A stretch of 64,000 bases of DNA, taken from the IMG/VR virus record IMGVR_UViG_3300037067_004861. One strand, 5' to 3'. Of the stretch, positions 1-7,710 are shown piece by piece (the first letter of the stretch is position 1; every line of letters begins with the position of its first letter). Both the position numbers and the translations under genes were made by a program. Below the pieces are notes generated by a model. The model saw only the letters and a list, made by a program, of their open reading frames with translations, was not told the DNA's origin and did not search any database. This DNA is from a virus (Duplodnaviria > Heunggongvirae > Uroviricota > Caudoviricetes).

Positions 1-65
1 GGCTATGCAATAGCTGCATTCGTTATAATTCTGGCAATTGACGTTAGCCATGCTCTTGCCTCTTA

Positions 66-312
66 TGATTGTAGTATCCCTGATTGTAGTATCCCTGATT
101 GTAGTATCCCTGATTGTAGTATCCCTGGTTGTAGTATCCCTGATTGTAGTATCCCTGATTGTAGTATCCCTGATTGTAGTATCCCTGATTGTAGTATCCC
201 TGGTTGTAGTATCCCTGATTGTAGTATCCCTGATTGTAGTATCCCTGATTGTAGTATCCCTGATTGTAGTATCCCTGGTTGTAGTATCCCTGGTTGTAGT
301 ATCAGGGAGTCC
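66..312. repeat. Tandem array of a 15-bp unit (gattgtagtatccct, with a G variant ggttgtagtatccct), about 16 copies arranged in a 75-bp higher-order period (DDDDG x3)
   Basis: Direct reading; ORFs 38..340(+) and 63..359(-) are periodic translations of this array. Confidence 0.9.
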
Positions 313-317
313 GGGAA

Positions 318-345
318 TCCTGGAATCCTGGAATCACTGATTCCT
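318..345. promoter_or_regulatory. Cluster of GGAATCC / GAATCAcTGATTC half-sites; member of the palindromic motif family GGAATCC-N-GGATTCC
   Basis: ggaatcctggaatcctggaatcactgattcc; related palindromes at 988, 1111, 4351 and 4946. Confidence 0.4.
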
Positions 346-514
346 AGAGGGTGACGCATACCTTGGCGTAGAAGCCCTCGCGTTCATCGTCTCCCTCTTG
401 ATAGGGGTCGATGATGAAACGAGAGGGGCCAGCCAACCACACTCCAACACCGCGTTGCAGTTCTTGACTGAGAACGGCGGCTGCCCGCCTAGCCTCATCA
501 TAGGTAGCGTACAT
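344..514 (-). CDS. Small hypothetical protein (about 56 aa); ends ...VTL* with GTCACCCTCTAGGA at the gene junction
   Basis: ATG at 514 preceded by aggagg-like RBS (ctaggaggaaagacc); same strand as neighbours; below the 60-aa ORF-track cutoff. Confidence 0.3.
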   Translation of the reverse strand: MYATYDEARRAAAVLSQELQRGVGVWLAGPSRFIIDPYQEGDDEREGFYAKVCVTL

Positions 515-525
515 GGTCTTTCCTC

Positions 526-855
526 CTAGAGGGTGACACGCAGGACGCCACCGTTAGGGCTATCGCTCAGAGCAATCATGGCGTATCGGCGTTGTCTACG
601 TTTGAAGTAGGCTATGGCCCGTTCGATCGTCCAGGGCTCCTGGAGCGGGATGCGGTAACTCTTGGGGCCGGCCTCAAGGATCATCGTGTTGGCTGTAACG
701 GTTGCGTTCATCGTAGTGCCCTCCAAGATAGACGTACTAACGGAAGAGGTGGTCGTTCCTAGCAAAAAAGGAAGCTTGGGCCCGTTTCTCTTCGGCACGC
801 AGGTATCGGGGAATCCTAGATTCACGACGTCGCTCGGGCAAGTAGCGGGCGACAA
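526..855 (-). CDS. Hypothetical protein; C-terminus ...RVTL*; stop is followed by a GGAGG RBS for the 344..514 ORF
   Basis: ORF track; GC-rich block; start uncertain (alternative frame 737..901 encodes a 54-aa membrane peptide coupled by ATGA to 898..1131). Confidence 0.35.
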   Translation of the reverse strand: MSPATCPSDVVNLGFPDTCVPKRNGPKLPFLLGTTTSSVSTSILEGTTMNATVTANTMILEAGPKSYRIPLQEPWTIERAIAYFKRRQRRYAMIALSDSPNGGVLRVTL

Positions 856-897
856 CCAAAGCTAGGACAGCCAAGATAGCGGAGACGGTCAAAGTAG

Positions 898-1131
898 TCA
901 TGGTTTGTCCTCCCTTTCTACTTCAACTATACCACGGAATCGGTGGTTGTCAAGTCTTTTTAAGAAAGAAAAGGATTTTAATATCCAAGAATCCGGGAAT
1001 CCCGGATTCTTTACAATCCTAGGCATGGGTGGATTGTTGTCGATCCATCCGGTGCAACCAGTCAAATCTTGGCAACCTATGCAACCTATGCAATCGGTGC
1101 AATCTCCACAATCCAGGATTCCCGGCTTCAC
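898..1131 (-). CDS. Cys-rich protein with CGDCTDCIGCIGC...GCTGWIDNNPP motif; related to 1468..1722 and 9517..9768; GTG start
   Basis: Shares the G[KC]TG[WY]xxNxPP tail with the other Cys-rich ORFs. The C-terminal 40 aa read through the palindromic DNA motif, so the reading frame or extent is doubtful. Confidence 0.3.
   Translation of the reverse strand: MKPGILDCGDCTDCIGCIGCQDLTGCTGWIDNNPPMPRIVKNPGFPDSWILKSFSFLKRLDNHRFRGIVEVEREDKP
988..1012. promoter_or_regulatory. Perfect 12-1-12 palindrome AAGAATCCGGGA-a-TCCCGGATTCTT; candidate operator
   Basis: Direct reading; belongs to the GGAATCC-N-GGATTCC motif family. Confidence 0.45.
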
Positions 1132-1411
1132 GGTTACATGCGTTTCTCGATTACACGCATCTTTGACGCTATTTTAATTGCTTCTTTTTTTCAAAAATGG
1201 CGAATCTTTGGGAATCCTTCGTAGCTGATTCCTGTTGAACGTCGCTAACGAGGCGACGGAGGGCCACTAATTCCTCAAGGCCCTGGGCCAAGCCCGCCCA
1301 GGTAGCTTGGCGAGGAGGAAGAGAGCAGACACGTTCGATGCGTTTACTGTCAATCATGGTACCCTCTCCCCTTCTACTCAACTCTACCACATTGCCCAGC
1401 CTTGTCAAGGA

Positions 1412-1435
1412 TATTCTGATAAAAATATCAGAATA
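1412..1435. promoter_or_regulatory. 10-4-10 palindrome TATTCTGATA-aaaa-TATCAGAATA next to a TTGACA hexamer
   Basis: Direct reading; intergenic between 1169..1408 and 1468..1722. Confidence 0.35.
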
Positions 1436-1467
1436 TCACAACCCAGGTTGCTATTATGACAATAATA

Positions 1468-1722
1468 TCATTTCCGTGGTTTGTTCCGATAGTAGCCCGT
1501 CTTGCCAACCAGCTCAAAACATTCGGCACAATCGACACAATCCACACAATCCTCACAGTCACTGCAGAAGTCACAATTGGTACATCTCTTGCATCGCTCA
1601 CTTTTGCTACAAAGTGTGCAATCCGTACAATCCCTACAACTAACACAACCAGCACAATTCTCGCAGTCCCCACAATACTGCGAATCCGGACAATCGAGAC
1701 ATTTGATATTAGTATCAGACAT
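1468..1722 (-). CDS. Cysteine-rich repeat protein, (DCxxC)n, about 24 Cys in 84 aa; C-terminal GKTGYYRNKPRK
   Basis: ORF track; CxxC periodicity every 3 residues; paralog of 9517..9768. Confidence 0.55.
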   Translation of the reverse strand: MSDTNIKCLDCPDSQYCGDCENCAGCVSCRDCTDCTLCSKSERCKRCTNCDFCSDCEDCVDCVDCAECFELVGKTGYYRNKPRK

Positions 1723-1786
1723 GGTACAATCCGTAAACAGAGAAAGAGGGGCAGCCTAGGTTTCCTAGGCTGCCCCTCCGAATGGG

Positions 1787-2821
1787 TTAGGCGTTGACTA
1801 CCTCTTTCGAGGCTTCCATAGCCTCCTGCAGAAGGGTATCAATCTCAACGTCGCCAACGTGTCGGCGGAGAGTGGCGAGGGCCGACGCCGCAATCTCCAA
1901 GGAGACGGCGTAATCGTCACAATCCGTCAACGTCTCCCCGCCCTGCCCGGTTGCCGCCAAGAGGACTCTCTTGACAATCTCCGATCGGGCCGTTTGGCCA
2001 CGGTCAACCGCCTGCTTGGGGGTAAGGCTCTTGGCCGTCTGGGTGGCCTCGTCCCCCTTGTCCTTGGGGGACATCACCTCATCCCACGCTACACGGAATA
2101 GGGGGCCGTCGCCCGCCGGGTAGTTAGCGTATTCCTTGCCAAACACGCCGAACAGACCGTTGATCTTCTGCCATTGCATCGGTGTGGATTTTGGCGAATA
2201 CACCGCTTTTTCCATTTCCGATTGAACGAATTGGGGCAGCCGGGCCAGGTTGGCACGAATCTGCACATAGCTCCGATTGGGGGCACCGGGGGTTTTGCCT
2301 TTGGTGTGGAAGATGCCGAGGATAGTGGCAATCTCCGCCTGCCCCTCTCCGATGCCAACAAGCTGCCGGATAGCCAAAAACTGGCTCCACTGGTCCAACG
2401 GCTCCCGGTCGGCGGCTGGGTCGTGGTCGATCCGGAGTCGGGTTTCCTCCGCTTCGGTGAGGCCCTTGTAAACGATACAGGGCACCTTCCCACCACCCAG
2501 AACCTCGGCGTAGGTGCCGGGCTCATTGTCCCGCAAAAATTGCAGGCTCTTGGCCCTCCGGTTGCCCCTCAAAACGAGATACTGGCCGTCGCTCTTCTCA
2601 CTCACCATAAGCGTCGAATCGGGCTGCCAGCCGTGCCTCTTGATGAGGTCGATCATGCCGGGAAGGTTGTAATTACGCTCGTCTCGGGGGTTGCCCCCGA
2701 AAATGAGGGCGTCAACCGGAACAAGCGTCGTCGTCTGCTTAGCCATTTCAATCACTCCAAACAAAACAAAGGGAACAAGGGGAACAAAGGGGAGAGGAAT
2801 GATATTATAATCAATCCTCAA
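1787..2821 (-). CDS. ParB-like N-terminal (sulfiredoxin-fold) nuclease-domain protein; likely true start at Met26 (about nt 2746, MAKQTTT)
   Basis: LVLRGNRR motif (ParB GxxRxxA box); GC-rich codon usage unlike most of the window; promoter-like TGATTATAATATC at 2800. Confidence 0.6.
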   Translation of the reverse strand: MRIDYNIIPLPFVPLVPFVLFGVIEMAKQTTTLVPVDALIFGGNPRDERNYNLPGMIDLIKRHGWQPDSTLMVSEKSDGQYLVLRGNRRAKSLQFLRDNEPGTYAEVLGGGKVPCIVYKGLTEAEETRLRIDHDPAADREPLDQWSQFLAIRQLVGIGEGQAEIATILGIFHTKGKTPGAPNRSYVQIRANLARLPQFVQSEMEKAVYSPKSTPMQWQKINGLFGVFGKEYANYPAGDGPLFRVAWDEVMSPKDKGDEATQTAKSLTPKQAVDRGQTARSEIVKRVLLAATGQGGETLTDCDDYAVSLEIAASALATLRRHVGDVEIDTLLQEAMEASKEVVNA

Positions 2822-3023
2822 ATTGCTGTATATCCTTACAAACGATCAGAACGTAAGAGGCCACGTATCCGAAAGCCGCCGATGCCAGGGCACGGAAGGG
2901 GTCAAAATCATTGTGAACGGCACTAACCGCGAAAACCGTCGACAACAGAGCAAACGGAAGAGTCGCCAAAATCGAGATAACCTGCATTGTCGGCCTCACT
3001 AGGAAAAGTGATACTATTGTCAA
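2811..3023 (-). CDS. Small hydrophobic hypothetical protein (two predicted TM segments)
   Basis: ORF track; minus-strand array. Confidence 0.35.
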   Translation of the reverse strand: MTIVSLFLVRPTMQVISILATLPFALLSTVFAVSAVHNDFDPFRALASAAFGYVASYVLIVCKDIQQFED

Positions 3024-3220
3024 TTGTTATCCTCACCAGTCACAACCCGGATAACCGGATGCCCATCGTCGAGCACGCCACTGGCAACAGAGGCTTGGCT
3101 AAGGCCGGCTGCAAATAGATCATCATCGGTATCATCCATGGAAACCGTTACAGTGCAGTCCAATTGCCACGGTTGCAACAATTGCAACGCCGAGAGTAGT
3201 TCGCGGTAGGTTGGCAACAC
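3020..3220 (-). CDS. Small acidic hypothetical protein
   Basis: ORF track; lies downstream of a consensus promoter at 3271..3298; 4-nt start/stop overlap with 2811..3023. Confidence 0.4.
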   Translation of the reverse strand: MLPTYRELLSALQLLQPWQLDCTVTVSMDDTDDDLFAAGLSQASVASGVLDDGHPVIRVVTGEDNN

Positions 3221-3270
3221 TTTCCGATACCCCTCTTGTGGGTGGTGTGGTAACTCTCGGCCTCTACTCC

Positions 3271-3298
3271 ATTATACCATGGCCTGGCATCGTGTCAA
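3271..3298 (-). promoter_or_regulatory. Sigma70-type promoter on the minus strand: TTGACA-16 nt-TATAAT
   Basis: Reverse complement reads ttgacacgatgccaggccatggtataat, with both hexamers consensus; upstream of 3020..3220. Confidence 0.65.
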
Positions 3299-3329
3299 GA
3301 GGAATTGTAAAGATTCCAGGAACCACCCA

Positions 3330-3668
3330 TTAGAGGGGTAGTTCTTCCACCAGCCACGAACTACTATCCTGATCGTAGGAACCGTTTTGATCCCCATGAT
3401 TGACAGCGTCGTAATTGCCGCGAAGAACGGAATCCCGGGCCTCATCGCTATGAGTGGCATAAACTGTGTAAACGGAATAACTCACACTTGGAACCGACAC
3501 GATGAAGCGCCTGAGTCCGGCAGCCTTGGCGAACCTCTCGGGGACGAACCGTGGGTTGGCTATCGAGGCCACGTCCATCACGGCATCGGCAATTGCCTGT
3601 TTGTTCATTTTATCCGGTTCATCCAGGATAATCCGAGCAAACTGCACTAAGTCTTTTTTCGTTAGCAT
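3330..3668 (-). CDS. Hypothetical protein (112 aa)
   Basis: ORF track. Confidence 0.4.
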   Translation of the reverse strand: MLTKKDLVQFARIILDEPDKMNKQAIADAVMDVASIANPRFVPERFAKAAGLRRFIVSVPSVSYSVYTVYATHSDEARDSVLRGNYDAVNHGDQNGSYDQDSSSWLVEELPL

Positions 3669-3672
3669 AGGT

Positions 3673-3948
3673 TCACTCCATATATTCGGAAGAATTGAGT
3701 GAGGCCGTTAAAGTCGCTACATCCGGAACCTTGAGAATCAAGAACCGCTCGATGTCCAGGGGCGACCATTCCTCGCCGGTGGCATCCTCAGTGATAGCCT
3801 GCACATTCCGCAAACCATGCAGCATCACTACAACCCTCAATGCCTCGCCGAGGGTCATGGACTCGATGGTGTGGGTGCTCTCGGCACCGGGCTGTTTGAG
3901 AGCGGAGCGGGATCGTTGGACGCGAAGAGAGAACCGTTGCAACGTCAT
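3673..3948 (-). CDS. Hypothetical protein (91 aa)
   Basis: ORF track; lies downstream of the promoter at 3999..4027. Confidence 0.4.
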   Translation of the reverse strand: MTLQRFSLRVQRSRSALKQPGAESTHTIESMTLGEALRVVVMLHGLRNVQAITEDATGEEWSPLDIERFLILKVPDVATLTASLNSSEYME

Positions 3949-3998
3949 CGTAGATCATCCTAGGATATGAGGAAGAGGGTGTTTGCCCCGACACCACT

Positions 3999-4027
3999 AT
4001 CCTACCATGGCTAGGGCCAGGTGTCAA
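3999..4027 (-). promoter_or_regulatory. Sigma70-type promoter on the minus strand: TTGACA-17 nt-TAGGAT; paralogous to the promoter at 3271..3298 (shared ACCATGGC...GTGTCAAGA context)
   Basis: Reverse complement reads ttgacacctggccctagccatggtaggat. Confidence 0.55.
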
Positions 4028-4081
4028 GAAGAAAACCGGTGGAATTGTTTGTTTCGATTCTAAGGGCAGTATATTCTACAG

Positions 4082-4172
4082 CCAGGTGCCAGGTGCCAGG
4101 TGTCCGGTGTCCGGTGTCCGGTGTCCGGTGTCCGGTGTCCGGTGTCCGGTGTCCGGTGTCCGGTGTCCGGTG
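4082..4172. repeat. Heptamer tandem repeat: (ccaggtg)x3 then (tccggtg) about x10
   Basis: Direct reading; ORF 4021..4479 is its translation artefact. Confidence 0.9.
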
Positions 4173-4220
4173 GGATTATGACAACATAGGTTTGATATTT
4201 TACACACCCTTTAGCGGGGT

Positions 4221-4350
4221 AGGGATTGTAACAATAATAGGGATTGTAACAACAATAGGGATTGTAACAATAATAGGGATTGTAACAATAATAATGATTT
4301 TAAGGATTGTAGTGATTTTAAGGATTATTACGGTTATTACGGTTGATTTT
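4221..4350. repeat. 18-bp tandem repeats (agggattgtaacaataat, x4) followed by shorter gattttaaggatt and ttattacgg repeats
   Basis: Direct reading. Confidence 0.85.
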
Positions 4351-4372
4351 AGAATCCAGGATTCACTGATTC

Positions 4373-4476
4373 CTATACGCACACCTACCCCGGCGCTCCC
4401 GGGCAGAACGAGAATCGTACTTTCAAAGCATAACTATACGCACACCTACCCCGGCGCTCCCGGGCAGAACGAGAAT
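4373..4476. repeat. Two copies of a 43-bp direct repeat (tatacgcacacctaccccggcgctcccgggcagaacgagaat), each holding a CCCGG-cgctc-CCGGG hairpin, separated by about 20 nt
   Basis: Direct reading. Confidence 0.85.
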
Positions 4477-4718
4477 TGAAAATGTAAAGAAAATGATGAT
4501 TTTGAAAATTGATTTTCAAATCATAATGTCATAATAATGAGAACACTATTGGACAATGGTTAATCTCTTATGACGCTAGAACGCCGTCTCACGCCCTCCA
4601 ACGCCCCAATGGCTCCCAAGACCAAAATGGGAAATGGGCTCCCTAGGCACGCAGCTAGGGCCCTTAAAAGGGAATCCGTAGCCGTGGCCACGGAAGCCGC
4701 GAGGGGTAGCCGGGAAGT

Positions 4719-4812
4719 CCATAAATAATAATACTTTTTCCTATTCCCCTATAGGGCATTTTTATTAGAAAGAGCCCTATAGGGGAATAGGAAAAAGTAT
4801 TATTATTTATGG
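4719..4812. repeat. Perfect inverted repeat with 38-bp arms (ccataaataataatactttttcctattcccctatagggc) and a 17-nt spacer; cruciform or hairpin-forming
   Basis: Right arm 4774..4812 is the exact reverse complement of left arm 4719..4756. Confidence 0.9.
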
Positions 4813-4945
4813 AGAGGCTAAGTCTAGGCTACGGCTAGACTTACGGAATTATACTGTTTTTATGTCCACCTTCACATAACTATTGTCCAATAGTGAACTC
4901 ATCATTATTTGGCCTTTTAGAGCTTTTTAGAGCTTTTAACGAAAA

Positions 4946-4974
4946 GCAGGAATCCAGGATTCCTGGATTCCTGC
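4946..4974. promoter_or_regulatory. Palindrome gcaGGAATCCaGGATTCCtggattcctgc; strongest copy of the GGAATCC-N-GGATTCC motif
   Basis: Direct reading. Confidence 0.45.
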
Positions 4975-4994
4975 AACAATTAAACTAAGAATTA

Positions 4995-5354
4995 TTAAAC
5001 AATTCTTTTCGTCAGCTCAGGAAGTGCAACCTCAGTAATAAGATTATTCTCAACTAGGAGGTCAACAATCTCAATGGCTACGCCGTCAACAAACGCTTCT
5101 TCATTAAGAACCACTTCTTTTAAAAGCATGGGGTTGCGATCCAAGACTCCGTGAATCAACTCGTGGATCAAGGATTCAAGGATGCACCGATTCGGTTGCT
5201 CAGTACATACTCTAATGGTCCTGCTATTATAATCAATATAACCTAAGTACTTCTTGTCTTCACAGTTAATAACCGTGGGTACTTCAGCACTCTGAGCCAC
5301 ATATTCAATAGTGTAATCCACACCCCTAATAGTAATAGCAGTAGGTAGTTTCAT
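4995..5354 (-). CDS. Putative zinc metallopeptidase (HExxH: LIHELIHGV), ImmA/IrrE- or SprT-like
   Basis: HELIH motif in a 119-aa protein. Confidence 0.4.
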   Translation of the reverse strand: MKLPTAITIRGVDYTIEYVAQSAEVPTVINCEDKKYLGYIDYNSRTIRVCTEQPNRCILESLIHELIHGVLDRNPMLLKEVVLNEEAFVDGVAIEIVDLLVENNLITEVALPELTKRIV

Positions 5355-5395
5355 AATTATTCTTTATCCTGTTTTGATACTATTATTATTATTTC

Positions 5396-5668
5396 TTATT
5401 TAATGTTCTTTACGAAATCAGTAATCATTGGAACCAATGATGTTAGGCCACCACTAAAATACATGGCTGCAATTACTACGGCAATCACTGCCAGTGAAAT
5501 GAAACTCCATTTCCTTTCCTTGGCTACCGTAGCACGGGCTTCAACAATAGCCTTACGGCCTTCTAACCTTGTCTTCATACGCTCTGTCCGTATTGTTGAA
5601 AACTTTTTATCTGTTTTTACAGCATCATTGTCTTCACTCTTGGATCGACGATTCCTAAAAATTCCCAT
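5396..5668 (-). CDS. Hypothetical protein with basic N-terminus and a C-terminal TM segment
   Basis: ORF track. Confidence 0.4.
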   Translation of the reverse strand: MGIFRNRRSKSEDNDAVKTDKKFSTIRTERMKTRLEGRKAIVEARATVAKERKWSFISLAVIAVVIAAMYFSGGLTSLVPMITDFVKNIK

Positions 5669-5695
5669 TTGCTTTTCCTTGTTAATTACTTACTT

Positions 5696-5872
5696 TTAAG
5701 AAACAAAAGACTCTGCTTCCCACCAATCCCCGCAATAGCCATTATAATAGCGATACTGGATGGTAGCAAATTCCAGCCACCTCCAATCGTCTTTTAAACA
5801 TAAGGGAAGAAATAAGAACCTTCTCCTGATTTTAATATCTCCACACTTTAGTGGTTCATATTTGTATCTCAT
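5696..5872 (-). CDS. Small hypothetical protein (58 aa), paralog of 5936..6106 (MRYKYEP...GDIKIRRRFLFLP...)
   Basis: Manual translation; the two ORFs align (GDIKIR.rFLFLPL.L.d.W.WL.F.TI.YRYY.GY.G.WW.AE); below the ORF-track cutoff. Confidence 0.4.
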   Translation of the reverse strand: MRYKYEPLKCGDIKIRRRFLFLPLCLKDDWRWLEFATIQYRYYNGYCGDWWEAESFVS

Positions 5873-5877
5873 AGTTT

Positions 5878-5952
5878 TCTTAAACCTTAAACCTTAAACC
5901 TTAAACCTTAAACCTTAAACCTTAAACCTTAAACCTTAAACCTTAAACCTTA
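5878..5952. repeat. Heptamer tandem repeat (aacctta), about 10 copies; overlaps the 3' end and stop of ORF 5936..6106
   Basis: Direct reading; a shorter copy sits at 6106..6125. Confidence 0.9.
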
Positions 5953-6106
5953 AAACTGTCTCGGCGTTCCAATAGTTTCCGCTATAACCTTCGTAATAAC
6001 GATACAGAATCGTTACAAACTGCAGCCACCACCATTTACCATCTAAATACAGTGGTAAGAACAGGAACTTATCCCTGATTTTAATATCACCGTCTTTGTA
6101 TTTCAT
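5936..6106 (-). CDS. Small hypothetical protein (56 aa), paralog of 5696..5872
   Basis: Manual translation MKYKDGDIKIRDKFLFLPLYLDGKWWWLQF... Confidence 0.4.
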   Translation of the reverse strand: MKYKDGDIKIRDKFLFLPLYLDGKWWWLQFVTILYRYYEGYSGNYWNAETVLRFKV

Positions 6107-6122
6107 TCTTAATCCTTAAACC

Positions 6123-6503
6123 TTAATCCATAATCCTGGGACCATTGGCTACGTCATTATATTCCACTAACTTATAGAGCTTGGTGTTACCCTTATTATG
6201 GCTTTTCAAATACTCTTCGGTAAGAGCAGATGCCTCTTCATAATCGTTACCTCGCCATATACAAACACCGTCTTCATTAGTAATAACGTAATTATTGCTT
6301 TCTATTTTAAGATTCCGATGATCCACTACCTTAGCGTAACAGGTTTCCATGGTAATATTGGCCTCTGAGAAGACTGCCTCTAGGCTAGCATCAGCACATG
6401 CCTGCCCGAAACTATCGTAGAGGTGGATAGCTAATGTACTCTTACTAAAATAGTCACGAACTATTACGGCATAAGTCTTACCATTATTATGCCTGTCTTT
6501 CAT
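6123..6503 (-). CDS. Hypothetical protein (126 aa)
   Basis: ORF track; 4-nt overlap with the GNAT gene. Confidence 0.45.
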   Translation of the reverse strand: MKDRHNNGKTYAVIVRDYFSKSTLAIHLYDSFGQACADASLEAVFSEANITMETCYAKVVDHRNLKIESNNYVITNEDGVCIWRGNDYEEASALTEEYLKSHNKGNTKLYKLVEYNDVANGPRIMD

Positions 6504-6955
6504 AAGTACACTCCTCTTTCAAAGACATAGCCGTCGCGCCCATCCGGATAGAGATTTGATCTAACGCTAACGGCGTTCCATCCCCAAGATTGCAACCACG
6601 GGATGTTGTTGTTCTCTTCATGGACTACCATGAAAAGCTGCTTAATCTTCTGCTGCTGAGCGACTCTAAGAAGATCACGATGAAGCGTAGAGCCGTGACC
6701 TTTATTCCGATATTGCTTAGCAACACACAGTTTATGAATGTGTAAAGCTATAGCTTTGTTATTAACAGTTATTACCTGATAGGAACTGAAACCAATAACA
6801 CCAAAACTATGCCTCTCTAGAGTATTATTCTCCAAGACACGGACTTTCAAATCCCCCAGATCAGCCCAAGAATTCTCCCACCATGGAAACTTGTAGCTCT
6901 CCCTATCTATCTCTTCGAGATACGGGATATGGTGGGGTTTGAAATCTGTAACCAT
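6500..6955 (-). CDS. GNAT-family N-acetyltransferase
   Basis: Acetyl-CoA binding motif QYRNKGHGSTLHRDLL (Q/RxxGxG/A). Confidence 0.6.
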   Translation of the reverse strand: MVTDFKPHHIPYLEEIDRESYKFPWWENSWADLGDLKVRVLENNTLERHSFGVIGFSSYQVITVNNKAIALHIHKLCVAKQYRNKGHGSTLHRDLLRVAQQQKIKQLFMVVHEENNNIPWLQSWGWNAVSVRSNLYPDGRDGYVFERGVYL

Positions 6956-6985
6956 ATTCTTTTCTTCTTATGATATTCTTTTCTT

Positions 6986-7159
6986 TTAATCTGAGAACGG
7001 GAAGAAGAAGTAATTGAAAACACTACCTATTGTCACACCACAAAGCATCCCATTAATGGTTGGCCAGGATAGTTCCCCTCGCAGCAGGTAAAAGCCGCAG
7101 CCACATAACACCACGGAGAACAACGCAATCGGTAGAATAGTTAGTAGTTTCTTATTCAT
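6986..7159 (-). CDS. Small membrane or lipoprotein-like protein (57 aa; signal-peptide-like N-terminus, VVLCGCG)
   Basis: Manual translation; below the ORF-track cutoff. Confidence 0.3.
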   Translation of the reverse strand: MNKKLLTILPIALFSVVLCGCGFYLLRGELSWPTINGMLCGVTIGSVFNYFFFPFSD

Positions 7160-7162
7160 TTT

Positions 7163-7232
7163 CTTGCCTTCTTAATCTTGCCTTCTTAATCTTGCCTTCT
7201 TAATCTTGCCTTCTTAATCTTGCCTTCTTAAT
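7163..7232. repeat. 14-bp tandem repeat (cttgccttcttaat) x5; overlaps the 3' end of ORF 7200..7511
   Basis: Direct reading. Confidence 0.9.
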
Positions 7233-7511
7233 CTGATCTTTGTTTTCAAAATCCTGATAATAATAGATTTTACCGTTTTCGTCCTTAATATAACCGGCTT
7301 CCGGAAATTCAAATACTCTTCCATCTTCTAGAGCCCCGGCGTCTTGGTACAATTCCGCAAGAAGTTTACTAATCTTCTTAATCTTTGATTTTAACATCTT
7401 GTCGTCAGCTAGAATATGATCTACGATCTCTCTTTCAAAGATATCCATAACAAGATAAGCACGGTCGGTCATCTCGTGATAGTGCCATCTATCTAGTGGT
7501 GTTTTATTCAT
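7200..7511 (-). CDS. Hypothetical protein; C-terminus is encoded by the tandem repeat
   Basis: ORF track. Confidence 0.4.
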   Translation of the reverse strand: MNKTPLDRWHYHEMTDRAYLVMDIFEREIVDHILADDKMLKSKIKKISKLLAELYQDAGALEDGRVFEFPEAGYIKDENGKIYYYQDFENKDQIKKARLRRQD

Positions 7512-7521
7512 ATTTCTTCTT

Positions 7522-7704
7522 TCAACGATCTTGGATGTTTGGTATGTACACGTCTCCTGACGTTTCGCAATTAGGACATATGATATTATAATCTACAGCC
7601 TGGGTGCCTAGTGGTATCTCCACTTGTGAGCGTCGGTGACAGTTTGAGCAGCCTATAACCATGGAATAAGTAGTCTTTACTTCTTTCGGCTTCTTAAAGA
7701 ACAT
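7522..7704 (-). CDS. Small zinc-ribbon protein (CSNCH...CPNCE)
   Basis: Two CxxC pairs. Confidence 0.4.
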   Translation of the reverse strand: MFFKKPKEVKTTYSMVIGCSNCHRRSQVEIPLGTQAVDYNIICPNCETSGDVYIPNIQDR

Positions 7705-7710
7705 ATTTTA

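Noticed and set aside
38-359. ORFs 38..340(+) and 63..359(-) encoding SLIVV / GILQS repeat proteins
   Set aside because: Both are periodic read-through translations of the 15-bp tandem repeat on opposite strands, with no independent coding signal. They are treated as a DNA repeat.
4082-4476. Possible CRISPR array
   Set aside because: The repeats are contiguous 7- to 18-bp units without spacers. The only spaced pair (2x43 bp) has two copies and a 20-nt spacer, there are no cas genes, and it does not fit CRISPR geometry.
4021-4479. ORFs 4021..4479(+) and 4200..4382(-)
   Set aside because: They are translations of the heptamer and 18-bp tandem repeats in a non-coding region.
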